NCBI GenBank assembly: GCA_964016885.1
Contig: OZ024741.1
Location: 19,034,001 to 19,098,000, forward strand
Direction of reading: 5' to 3'
Length of the DNA: 64,000 nucleotides
Source of the DNA: Eledone cirrhosa
Taxonomy: Eukaryota
Below the pieces are notes generated by a model that saw only the letters and a program-made list of their open reading frames with translations, had not been told where the DNA came from and ran no database searches. Positions 1 through 10,356 of the stretch are shown here, one piece after another (position 1 is the first letter of the stretch; each line of letters opens with the position of its first letter). Position numbers and translations under genes: made by a program.

Positions 1-225
1 TAACCCCCCATATATATATATATATATATTAGGTATAGGATTATCGTAGATGCAGTAATGGTTAATTACTACACTGGATAGAGTTGACGTACGGTGAGAG
101 GTTACTCAACGAGTTATGGAAGAATTGTTGAAGAAACTTAGTTCCTGATCCTTCTGTATTCCGGAGTGTAGATAAAGAATGAATAATAACAGGTAGACAT
201 CATAAAAAGGTAATTTATTCCGTGG

Positions 226-335
226 GCTTACAAATGTTTCCACGGTGGTTATACAGCCTAGTTATGCTATGTGCAAATCTATAACTATTTGCAGAACTCA
301 ATTATCAAATGTTGTGACCACTGTATCATCAGAGC
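226..335 (-). ncRNA. Type I hammerhead ribozyme motif (mirror copy)
   Basis: Reverse complement of 1408-1517. Confidence 0.65.
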
Positions 336-1407
336 AGAATGGTTAAAATGTACAATGTAAATACCCTTAAGTGAGGTTATTGGTGAAGATAGAGTAGAAT
401 AGGAAGAGAGAAAAGAAGGGGAGAGGAAGAGAGAGAGAAAGATATGCAGGGGTTGGAGAAATGGGAGAGAGCGGTTTGTAGATATCTTAATCAAAATGTT
501 GTGGTAGGGGTTTTATTATACTGGTTACTCTCAAAGCGACCACCTTAAGCGATGCGTTGATAGTGAAGGTTGGAATTATTTATTGCCCCAGAGGGCAGGT
601 TCATAGATGTGGGGAGGGAGGTAGGCCTAGGGCGAGAGAGAGAGAGAGAGAGTGGAATGGATAGAGAGGGAGTGATAGAGAGGGGACAGACGAAAACTAT
701 GGGGTGGGTGAACATTGGATTCATAGTAGTAATTTACGAATTGCACTAAGTTCCTATTTATAGTGATAAGCAGGGTATTGTCTTGTAGTGTAAGGGAAGA
801 GAAAGTGGTTAGATAGAAAGCAATGTTATAGTTACGGGTTCGAATGTTAAGTTATTTTATAGTGAGAGAATTTAGCTTTCAGTTTGTGGTTGCAGTACAA
901 TGATCGTAACATTCAAACCCGTAACTATAGCATTGCTTTCTAGCTAACCACTTTCTCTTCCCCCACACTACAAGACAATACCCTGCTTATCACTATAAAT
1001 AGGAACTTAGTGCAATTCGTAGATTACTACTATGAACCCAATGTTCACCCACCCCATAGTTTTCGTCTGTCCCCTCTCTATCACTCCCTCTCTATCCATT
1101 CCACTCCCTCTCTCGCCCTAGGCCTACCTCCCTCTCCACATCTATGAACCTGCCCTCTGGGGCAATAAATAATTCCAACCTTGACTATCAACGCTTAAGG
1201 TGGTCGCTTTGAGAGTAACCAGTATAATAAAACCCCTACCACAACATTTTGATTAAGATATCTACAAACCGCTCTCTCCCATTTCTCCAACCCCTGCATA
1301 TCTCTCTCTGTCTCTCCATCTCCTCTTCTTTTCTCTCTTCCTATTCTACTCTATCTTCACCAATAACCTCACTTAAGGGTATTTACATTGTACATTTTAA
1401 CCATTCT

Positions 1408-1517
1408 GCTCTGATGATACAGTGGTCACAGCATTTGATATTTGAGTTTTGCAAATAGTTATAAATTTGCACATAGCATAACTAGGCTGTATAACCACCG
1501 TGGAAACATTTGTAAGC
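1408..1517 (+). ncRNA. Type I hammerhead ribozyme motif with long stem II
   Basis: gct-CTGATGA-tacagtggt...accaccgtg-GAAAC-attt-GTA-agc. Confidence 0.65.
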
Positions 1518-1602
1518 CCACGGAATAAATTACCTTTTTATGATGTCTACCTGTTATTATTCATTCTTTATATATATATATATATGTATATATATATGTG
1601 TA

Positions 1603-1664
<62 letters not shown>

Positions 1665-1893
1665 TATATAACGAAGGGATTGTGGTAAGGAACCAGATGG
1701 ACCATAATGCACCAGAGTACTCAATACTTAGGGTAGTAGAGTAGGTAATAGGAAAGTGGGTAATATATATATGTGTGTGTGTATATATATGTATGAAGGA
1801 CCGTGACCAGTGGAGAGATGCTGTGCTGAATAGGACCCGTCCCACCCTTGCAAGCAGGGAAAAGCAGACGTAAAATGATGATGATGATGATGA

Positions 1894-1937
<44 letters not shown>

Positions 1938-2514
1938 ATGTATGGAGTTTGTTATTTGCTGAATGCTTTCCATGGTGTTCGTTTCTGATTCTTGACTGTT
2001 CTCTTGTGGGGTTGTTTTAACTACCGTATTGATGTCATCTATGTGGAGTACACTGGAGTACATAGTCACTGTTACACAGTTCTCTTCTAGGTGTTCCTTA
2101 AATGTCCTGTACCACCATACCATAAAGAGGTTTGGTTATCAGACCATCCCACACAAACAGTGGCAACTTTGAAACACACTTGTATTAGTGCCATAAAATC
2201 AATCAAAAATGATCCCCTACTGGGAAAGTTAATCCTACAATTACAGATACCTAAAGTTCTTTTAACTTCCGACATAATACTCCAGTTTGCACCACATCTA
2301 AAACATCTACTTTATAGGGTCTACTTTAAAGTTTCCCAGTTAACAAGGACTTTAAGTTCTTCACGGACTTACCAGAAATAATATAAATAACAACTTACTC
2401 TAAAGATTTGAATTATTAAAGAACACCAACCACCAGTGAAGTCATTCTTCTCTTTTTTTAAACACACACACATACGCAAAAAAAAACCTGCAAATATTGG
2501 AAAGAAATGAACCT

Positions 2515-2790
2515 TACATGCTTCTATGGATGTGTAACAGTAATCTACATGAACAGCGTAAATGCACTGAGAAACTGGGCATAAGTGGGATGAGATGCAG
2601 TGTGCAAAAGAGGATTGTTATGGCTATGTGATGTATATGAAAGATGGCAGCCATATAAAAAAGTACAGGGTCCTCAAAGTTGATGGGACCTACAGAGTAA
2701 GAAGACCCAGGAAGACTTGAGATGAGGTGATAAAAGCTGACCTTGCACAATTGCACCTCTCAAAGGCAATGACATAGGATTGAGGCATTA
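2515..2790 (+). mobile_element. Old RTE LINE 3' fragment
   Basis: Similar to 11930-12200 (atgcttctatggatgtgtaacagtaat...gaggtgataaaagctgacctt). Confidence 0.7.
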
Positions 2791-2798
2791 TACAGTAT

Positions 2799-2833
2799 TT
2801 TCTAATGAAGGACTAGTGTCTGAAACGTTAAGA
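2799..2833 (+). ncRNA. Degenerate minimal hammerhead (G5A)
   Basis: ttt-CTAATGA-aggac-tagt-gtct-GAAACGTTA-aga, with palindromic AACGTT in stem III. Confidence 0.55.
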
Positions 2834-2926
2834 CTCTTTTCTTACTATATCAAGCATAAAACTAATATATTTCTTCATTGTACTGTTTGTACTCTGTGGT
2901 TTGCGTTGTTATTTTTATTTATCTTT

Positions 2927-2962
<36 letters not shown>

Positions 2963-2964
2963 AC

Positions 2965-3317
2965 ATGGAGGCACATGGCTTAGTGGTTAGAGCATTGGCC
3001 TTGCAATCGAAAGGTTGTGAGTTCAATTCTCAGACCGGGTGATGTGTTGTTTCCTTGAGCAAGACACTTTATTTCACATTGCTCCAGTTTACTCAGCTGT
3101 AGAAATGAGATGATACAGACTGGGGTCCATATCATTCCACTGCAAAGTGGTCGTGGAGGTGCCACGGCAAAAAAGCACCCAGCACTCACTGTAAATGAGG
3201 TTGGTGTTAGGAAGGGCATCCAGCTGTAGAAATCAAGCCAGAATCAGTTCCCGTCCCACCCTTGCAAGCAGGGAAAAAGTGAAAAGTGGACGTAAAATGA
3301 AATGATGATGATGATGA
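2965..3317 (+). mobile_element. tRNA-derived SINE with RTE-type 3' tail
   Basis: A box tggcttagtgg and B box gagttcaattc. Tail matches the RTE 3' UTR (aggaagggcatccagctgtagaaatc) and ends in (GAT)n. Confidence 0.75.
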
Positions 3318-4309
3318 CACTATAAATGTGGTTGGGGTTAGGAAGGACATTCAGTTCTAAAAAAAACCCAGCCAAAATACAGTTCCATTTGATCAAGGTA
3401 TGGCATGACCAACTGGCCAGACTTGTATCATAAGGACAACATGTCTAACCCATGAAAATATGATGATGCATACATGAATAGTTTTATGGTTGTATAAATC
3501 TAGATACATCATCATCTTCCATCCATTTTCCCTACACATATACTGTATATATCTATGTCAGTTCCTATTATTTCAGGATATGGTAATACAAAATACCTCA
3601 GTCCTATTAATATGGAAGATAACAATGTCAATAACGATGATAATGAGATTAACAACTCTGATTATATAAATAAACCAACTCTATTTTCTCAGATAATTTA
3701 CATAAATATTAATCAATGCAATTATATTTCTCAAGACTTTGTCCTCCATTTCTAGCAAGATAATTATAACTTCTTCTTGTCTGCTATTATACACTGCCTA
3801 TCCACATAGTGACCACCCCTCACTAATAATCTCTGACTGTCTATTATACACTGCCAATCCACATAGTGACCACCCCATCCCCAAATGTGACAGAAGCTCT
3901 GTCTATACCTGTAGATAAACTGCTTCCAGTGAATTTATCCACAATACTTTACAGTAGGATTGGAGTTAGGTTTGGTAGTCTTTATATATAGTTGTTTTTA
4001 GATGAATTTACTTAGAATATGATTGAACACCTATAGACAGAATTCTCCCTCTCTCCTCTCTACTTTACATAAAACACCACGCTATCTCAATAGAATACCA
4101 CTCTATTTAACCAGAATGTCTCTATATCGCAATAGAATACCACTCCTTACAACGCCTCTCTCTCTATATATATATCAAGCACCTCTCTTTCTCACTACAC
4201 ATAAACACATATATTTAGTCCTGAGGAGTCTCTCCGACAAAACATGTGGCCCCTGCCTCAATATTACAAATCATCATCATTACCATCATCATTGTTGCTA
4301 TGAAAAAAG

Positions 4310-5930
4310 ATTGGTATGAATGGTAGAATTAGTTGAGTGTTTGATTTACTACCTCGCAGTATTAAGTTATATTACTTCATATTCTGAGTTCAAATCTCAC
4401 TGGACTAGATTTTATCTTTCATTCTTTTGGAGTCAACAAAATAAAGAAATTGGGTTGATGTCATCAACTAGACCTCATTAATTCCTAACTATAAGACCTT
4501 GTGTTAGAAATCATTGTTACTGTTATTGTTGTTTTCATTGTGGTTGAATGTATTATTGTCTCCTCTTTGCAGGACCAAGGTTATGGGACCAGCAAACGCC
4601 CAGATAGGCCTGTTCCAGCTGAACGAAAAACTCGACCAGTTCAACGACAAGCAACCCTGGATGATGTATGTATAGATTTATATACCTTGAAAACCCTCAG
4701 CCTTAATTTATGTGTTTTGTTACGTCCCATACTTGTCACTCTTGTTAAAATATAATCATCAGTGGTGGGGTGGCAGGATTGGTAGAGCAAGAGGCAAAAT
4801 ACCTTGTAATATTTAATTACAGTACTTTATATTTTGACATCAAACATTGCTGAGATCAACTTTGCCTTTCATTCTTATGGGGGTCAATAAAATAAAGTAC
4901 CAGTAATGCACTGGGGTTGATTTAATTGACTTTTCCCTGCCCCCAAATTATTGGCCTTGTGCTTAAATCAGAAACCAGTATTTAATTACAATACTTTATA
5001 TTCTGAGTTCCAATCCTGCCAAGGTCAACTTTGCCTTTCATCCTTTCCAGGGTCAATAAAATAAAGTACCAGTCAAGTATTGGGGTTGATTTCCCAACTT
5101 TACCTTTTCCCCAAATTTGCTGGTTTTGAGCCTAAATTAAAAATCTATATTCAGTTATGATGCTATATATTTTGAAATCAAATCCTGCTGAAGTTCGCAT
5201 TACTTTTTTTCTCTTTCCAAAGTCAACAAATTAGAGTACCAGTTACCTGCTGGGGTTCATAGAATTTACTGTAACCCTCTCCATAATTTTGACACTGTAT
5301 CACATTATTAGAAATTTATATGGAACAAACTACCAGCATCAGTTGTTAGTTGTCGAGATACTGCATCCTTCAAAAACTTCCATGCTTCCCGAAATTCGCC
5401 AACACTACACCTGATAATCCCCCTCCATACATACACGTGTGTATATCATGACTCATACACTGTTACTTTCCTGACATTTGTACATTATTCTATGTACTAT
5501 ACATGCACCTTTGATGAGTTGTAGTGCACCTGAGCACTGTACACAATTTTCTGGATTGGCACGAGGGCGATGGATTGGCAGTATCGGTAGAGGGTCGGAC
5601 GCCATGCTTGACGCCATTCTGAGTTCAAATCCCGCCGAGGTTAACTTTGCTTTTCATCCTTATGGGGTTGATAAAATAAAGTACCAGTAATGTACTGGGT
5701 AATTGCTGGCCTTGTGCCAAACGTAGAAACAATTATTATCATTACAAGGGAGGTGGATTGGCAGTATAGATTGCAGCATAGTTATGGCCCTTTACGTTCT
5801 GAGTTCAAATCCCGCCAATGTTATAACTTTGCCTTTCATCCTTACAAGGATGATAAAATAAAGTACCAGTAATGCACTGTGGTAATTGCTGGCCTTGTGC
5901 CAAATGTAGAAACAATTATTCTTATTACAA
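4310..5930 (+). mobile_element. Cluster of tRNA-derived SINE copies (about 6, some tandem) on both sides of the 4573 exon, plus a LINE 3' fragment at 5320-5550
   Basis: Repeated ttctgagttcaaatcc...gcctttcatcc...aaaataaagtaccagt...ggccttgtgcc. Confidence 0.75.
4573..4665 (+). CDS. Unconventional myosin V-like gene, medial tail exon (DQGYGTSKRPDRPVPAERKTRPVQRQATLDD)
   Basis: Acceptor tcctctttgcag, donor GAT|gtatgt, 93 nt, phase 0-0, joins the 7080 exon in frame. Assignment to myosin V is by context. Confidence 0.7.
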
Positions 5931-6536
5931 TTATTTGTTCTGTACTGTTATTCCAGTCTGATCCCAGTCTTTGACCATAACTTCAACCATGTGAATGAAA
6001 TTTGGTTGATGGAAACTGTTGAAGCCAGTGAAAGGGACCTCCCTCATTAGTAGATGTAATCTATTGCCAGGTTTAACACCATTACTTAACAGTACCCCTT
6101 AGTTGGATCACCATTGTTAAGGTCTCCTGTTTGAGGATAACCTTTTTCTGACCATATTTCTAAAAACAATTTCTGTACTGCCATTCTGTTTTAATTATCA
6201 AGATAATCAAGAATTATGGAAAATGTTAGTGAAATAACAAACTTTGAACTTGATAATAGATAATGTTTAACTACTGGAATCTAATATTATCTGGTATGCA
6301 ATAATGAGATTTCAGGCAAAAGTTTGAATTTAAATTCAAACATTTTATTAGAGGGCTTTTGAACAGGTTGGTACTTAATATTGTTAATTCTTGTTGCTGG
6401 AATTTACAAGAGGTCAGTCTTCCTTTCTTTCTTCCTATGACTATTGAATGCCCTGTAAAAAAAAAAAAAAATAATAATAATAGTTGCTACCCTTCATCCT
6501 CTGACAAAGCTGTAAAAAGAAAAATGAATTTATCAT

Positions 6537-6885
6537 TTAACTCTTTTCATACAAACTGCCTGATCCACCCCACTTAATTCTATGATGCTGTTTATTTTAA
6601 AGTGTTTATATTTATCTAAAAAAAAACCTTCCATCATGATTTTACATAAGAACCTTTGTTAAATTATCTTCCAAGCCATCTTAAACCACCCCTTGTTCTA
6701 TTATATAAGACTGTTTGTTTTAAAGTGTTTATATTTATCTAAAAAAATCTTACAATGTAACTTTATGTAACAAACAACTTAATGAGAAAGTTACTAATTC
6801 CTTTCAAATTCTTGATTATTTTAGAAATTGTTTAATAATCAAGAGGCTGTATCTTTCATTAGAAGTGTGGAAATGAAAGGGTTAA
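6537..6885. mobile_element. piggyBac-like MITE
   Basis: TTAA-ctcttttcat...atgaaaggg-TTAA, with an internal duplication of about 120 bp. Confidence 0.5.
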
Positions 6886-7079
6886 CTTTCTCTAAATACA
6901 CAAACACTACCTAACTAATTTTATTGAAGTTAACCAAGAAAACATCTTACCTAAACTAAATATTGATATTTACAGATTAGAGGGAAGTTAAATGTGACGT
7001 TTGTTTGTTTTTGTAAAATAATATGTTTTTAAAATAATAATGTTTGTAAAATATTAATGTGAATAATGTGTATTTTTAG

Positions 7080-7226
7080 CCTGATAAGGAAGACCTCAGC
7101 CTCCTGTTGAAGTTACAGAACCACATTAAAGAGCTACAAAAAGAAAATAAACGTTTGATAACAGAGAGGGAACGGCTTGACGAAGACAACAAAGATAAAG
7201 GAAATACTGTGTATAATTCTCTGAAG
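7080..7226 (+). CDS. MYO5: Myosin V-like coiled-coil exon (PDKEDLSLLLKLQNHIKELQKENKRL...VYNSLK)
   Basis: tttttag|CCT...AAG|gtgagg, 147 nt, phase 0-0. Resembles the myosin Va segment DMSLFLKLQKRVTELEQEK...YESLK, recalled from memory. Confidence 0.85.
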
Positions 7227-7499
7227 GTGAGGGGAACAATGGGACCATTGATTGTGTAGAGAGTGAGTGATGTTCCATAGTTAAGGTTGTTTAGTGCATA
7301 ACACTTGAACAAATGTGCTGACAAACAGAATAGCATTCATTGATTCTCTCACTCTGCTCATTGAAGTCTTTTCAACCCACACCTATTTAAATTTCCTTGT
7401 CCATCTCCCACATTCACTACACTGACTCCCTGCTATACTCCAACATGGAGTACAGCTGCAACTTCCACTCACCCTCTACCACACTCACTACTATGACTC

Positions 7500-8030
7500 C
7501 AACATGGATTGTAACCTCATCCTCCACTCACCCACTACCACACTCACTACTCCTTAGTACAACCTCATCCTCCACTCACCCACTACCACACTCCTTAGTA
7601 CAACCTCATCCACTCATCCTCTACCATACTCATTCTTTAGTACAACCTCATCCTCCACTCATCCTCTACCATACTCACTACTCCTTATTATAGCCTCATC
7701 CTCCACTCATCACCTTCTACCATACTCACTACTCCTTAGTACAACCTCATCCTCCACCATACTCACTACATCATCATCATCATCATCATCATCTTCGTTT
7801 AACGTCCATCGAAGATAATGATGATGATGTAGTGAGTATGGTAGAGGATGAGTGGAGGAAGAGGTTGTACTAAGGAGTAGTGAGTATGGTAGAAGGTGAT
7901 GAGTGGAGGATGAGGCTGTAATAAGGAGTAGTGCACCTTAGAACAACCTCATCCTCCACTCATCACCTTCTACCACACTCACTACTCCTTAATACAACCT
8001 CATCCTCCACTCATGCTCTACTACACTCAT
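7500..8030. repeat. Degenerate 42-48 bp minisatellite with an inverted block
   Basis: Unit acaacctcatcctccactcatcctctaccatactcactactccttagt; 7817-7932 is inverted. Confidence 0.8.
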
Positions 8031-8054
8031 ACTTAAGTTACTACCTCCTTCCAG

Positions 8055-8175
8055 ATGCAAGAACTTGAGAATGACAATGACAGGATGAAACGTGAGATCA
8101 GCAACCTGATGGCTGCCTTAGCCAAGACTCCCAAATATGAAGAAGGATCCACCGATGCTGGCAGAGCATTTAAAA
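8055..8175 (+). CDS. MYO5: Myosin V-like exon (MQELENDNDRMKREISNLMAALAKTPKYEEGSTDAGRAFK)
   Basis: cctccttccag|ATG...AAAA|gttagt, 121 nt, phase 0-1. Resembles myosin Va [22 protein letters not shown]. Confidence 0.85.
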
Positions 8176-8375
8176 GTTAGTACTTCTCTCTTCCCCCGCT
8201 CTCTCTCTTAATTATATATATATATATATGTGTATGCATACTGTGTGTGTGTATACTCTGTGTGTGCATACTGTGTGTTGTGTACTGTGTATGTGTGTGT
8301 TGTGTGTACATGGTACGTATGTATATGTGTGTGTGTACATGGTATGTATATATATATGTGTGTGAGTGGTGTATA

Positions 8376-9145
8376 TCATCATCATCTTCGTTTAACGTCC
8401 ATCTTCCACGCTAGCATGGGTTAGACGGGAGTTGTCCCACTTGAGGCAAGGTTGGTCGGGTGACCATGTCTCGCTCATATAGGACTGTCTGGCAGGTTTT
8501 CTACAGCTGTATGCCCTTCCTAACACCAACCACATTTACAGTGTGGAACTGGGAGGTTTTTACCGTGTTACCTACACGGCCACATTACAGCGTGGACTGT
8601 GTGTTTGTCGTGACACCTACACGGCCACATTACAGCGTGGACTGTGTGTTTGTCGTGACACCTACACGGCCACATTACAGCGTGGACTGTGTGTTTGTCG
8701 TGACACCTACACGACCTCAATCTCATTATCTTATTTATTTGGACTGGATGTTGTAGTACCAACTTTACAGAGAGAGTTGGTGGGAGTGGGAGAATAGGGT
8801 AGTGGATTGTGGTGTATATTTGGTTAAGAGGTGCCTACTGACTGTAGGTTTCGCTTTGACCATAGGCAATCGGGTCTTCTGTATTACTGCGTAGCGCCAA
8901 AGATCTCGGTCCAGTAACATTGTCTTAGAGAGGTGTGTGTAAGGTCAGAATTTATCAGATCGTCCTAGGTTTTTCTGGGTCTACCTACTCCGTAACTACC
9001 ATCAATTTTGATCGCCCTGCACTTTTTTATACAACTGTCGTCTTTCGTGCACATCACGTGGCCATACCAACGTAATCTTCTCTCGAGTAAACAGCATCTG
9101 ATCCCTCTTATTCCTAATTTCTCCCTTAGTTCATTTATGCTTTGA
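8376..9145 (-). mobile_element. RTE LINE 3' fragment with a 45-bp triplication at 8571-8712
   Basis: (CAT)n-cgtttaacgtcc tail and reverse complement of the LRWYGHV-coding region. Confidence 0.75.
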
Positions 9146-9342
9146 TGTATGTATATATATGTGTGTGTGTGTGTGTGGATGGTGTGTATGTATATGTGTG
9201 CGTGGTGTGTATGTGGGTATAATTATCAATGTTGAAGCTAAATTTTAATATATATGTCTGCATGTGATTGATGGCTGAGAGAAAGGAGTACTCAATACCG
9301 AAATAGTTTTATAATCATTATATTGAGGCTAAATAGTGAGTC

Positions 9343-9388
9343 TTGTTACTCTGGAGTTTCGCCTGTCTATCACAGGGTCATCAGATAA
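9343..9388 (-). ncRNA. Type I hammerhead ribozyme motif
   Basis: Minus strand: ttat-CTGATGA-c-cctgt-gatag-acagg-c-GAAACTC-ca-GAGTA-acaa. Confidence 0.6.
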
Positions 9389-9942
9389 CTGTTGAGTAAC
9401 AAGACTCACTTTTTCGCCTTAATAAAAATGTATATATGTGTGTGTGTGTGTATGTATATATATATATATATATATATAATGAAGTGTGTGTGTCTGTGCA
9501 TGTATATATATATAATAAAGTGTGTATGTATATATATATATAATATAATTTATGTGTGTGTGTATGTATGTATATATTTATTTATATATATATATATGTG
9601 TGTATGTGTGTGTTTGTGTATATATATTTATATGTGTGTGTGTGTATATTTATATATATTTATATGTGTGTTATGTATACCATCTAATCCATGCTAGCAT
9701 GGAAAATGGACGTTAAACAATGATTATATATATATACATACAATATATTAATAAACTATATTTATAAAACCATAATTATTTTATTATATATATTTATATA
9801 TTTCAAGGGCAACCAAGGCAAATTTTGGTGCGCTTTCATCAGATAAAATACAAAATTTGTTTTATAAATGTTGACATACCTGCAGAAAAACAACCCTGAT
9901 GGTTGAAGGTTCTCTGGATAGTAATTTATAAAACAAATTTTG

Positions 9943-10008
9943 TATTTTATCTGATGAAAGCGCACCAAAATTTGCCTTGGTTGCCCTTGAAATATATATA
10001 ATAAAATA
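9943..10008 (+). ncRNA. Type I hammerhead ribozyme motif (antisense mirror at about 9778-9851)
   Basis: tattttat-CTGATGA-aagcgcaccaa...ttggttgccctt-GAAA-tatata-TA-ataaaata, 8-bp stem I. Confidence 0.75.
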
Positions 10009-10356
10009 ATTATGGTTTTATAAATATAGTTTCCATTTATTAATATATTGAATATTTACTCCAGTAAATTGTTGAGTGCTTTATATCAGTTATAAAACTT
10101 TTAAGCTTGTGGAATCCCAACAAATTAAATATAACTTTTGCATATATATATATATATATATTTAAAAGTTAAACAAGTTTCAATGAATAAATCAAAGAAT
10201 GAGTTTTACAATAGATTGGAAGCACTCAATAGATATGGTTTTCCAGAGTTATTAATATTAATTCAAAATATTAAGAAAATAGATATTCTTGTGATCAAGA
10301 ACTTAAATTAAATATTTTGAATATTAATGGTCAACCAAATAAGTTTAGGAATATAT

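Larger units (their letters stand above)
173..1571. mobile_element. Fold-back element (arms about 173-849 and 907-1571), Penelope-like inverted pseudo-LTR
   Basis: Near-identical 69-aa ORFs on opposite strands (285-494 and 1249-1458), arms are reverse complements, each arm carries a hammerhead motif, (TA)n follows the right arm. Confidence 0.7.

Noticed and set aside
285-1458. Duplicated 69-aa ORFs as genes
   Set aside because: A by-product of the inverted repeat, with non-ATG starts and low complexity.
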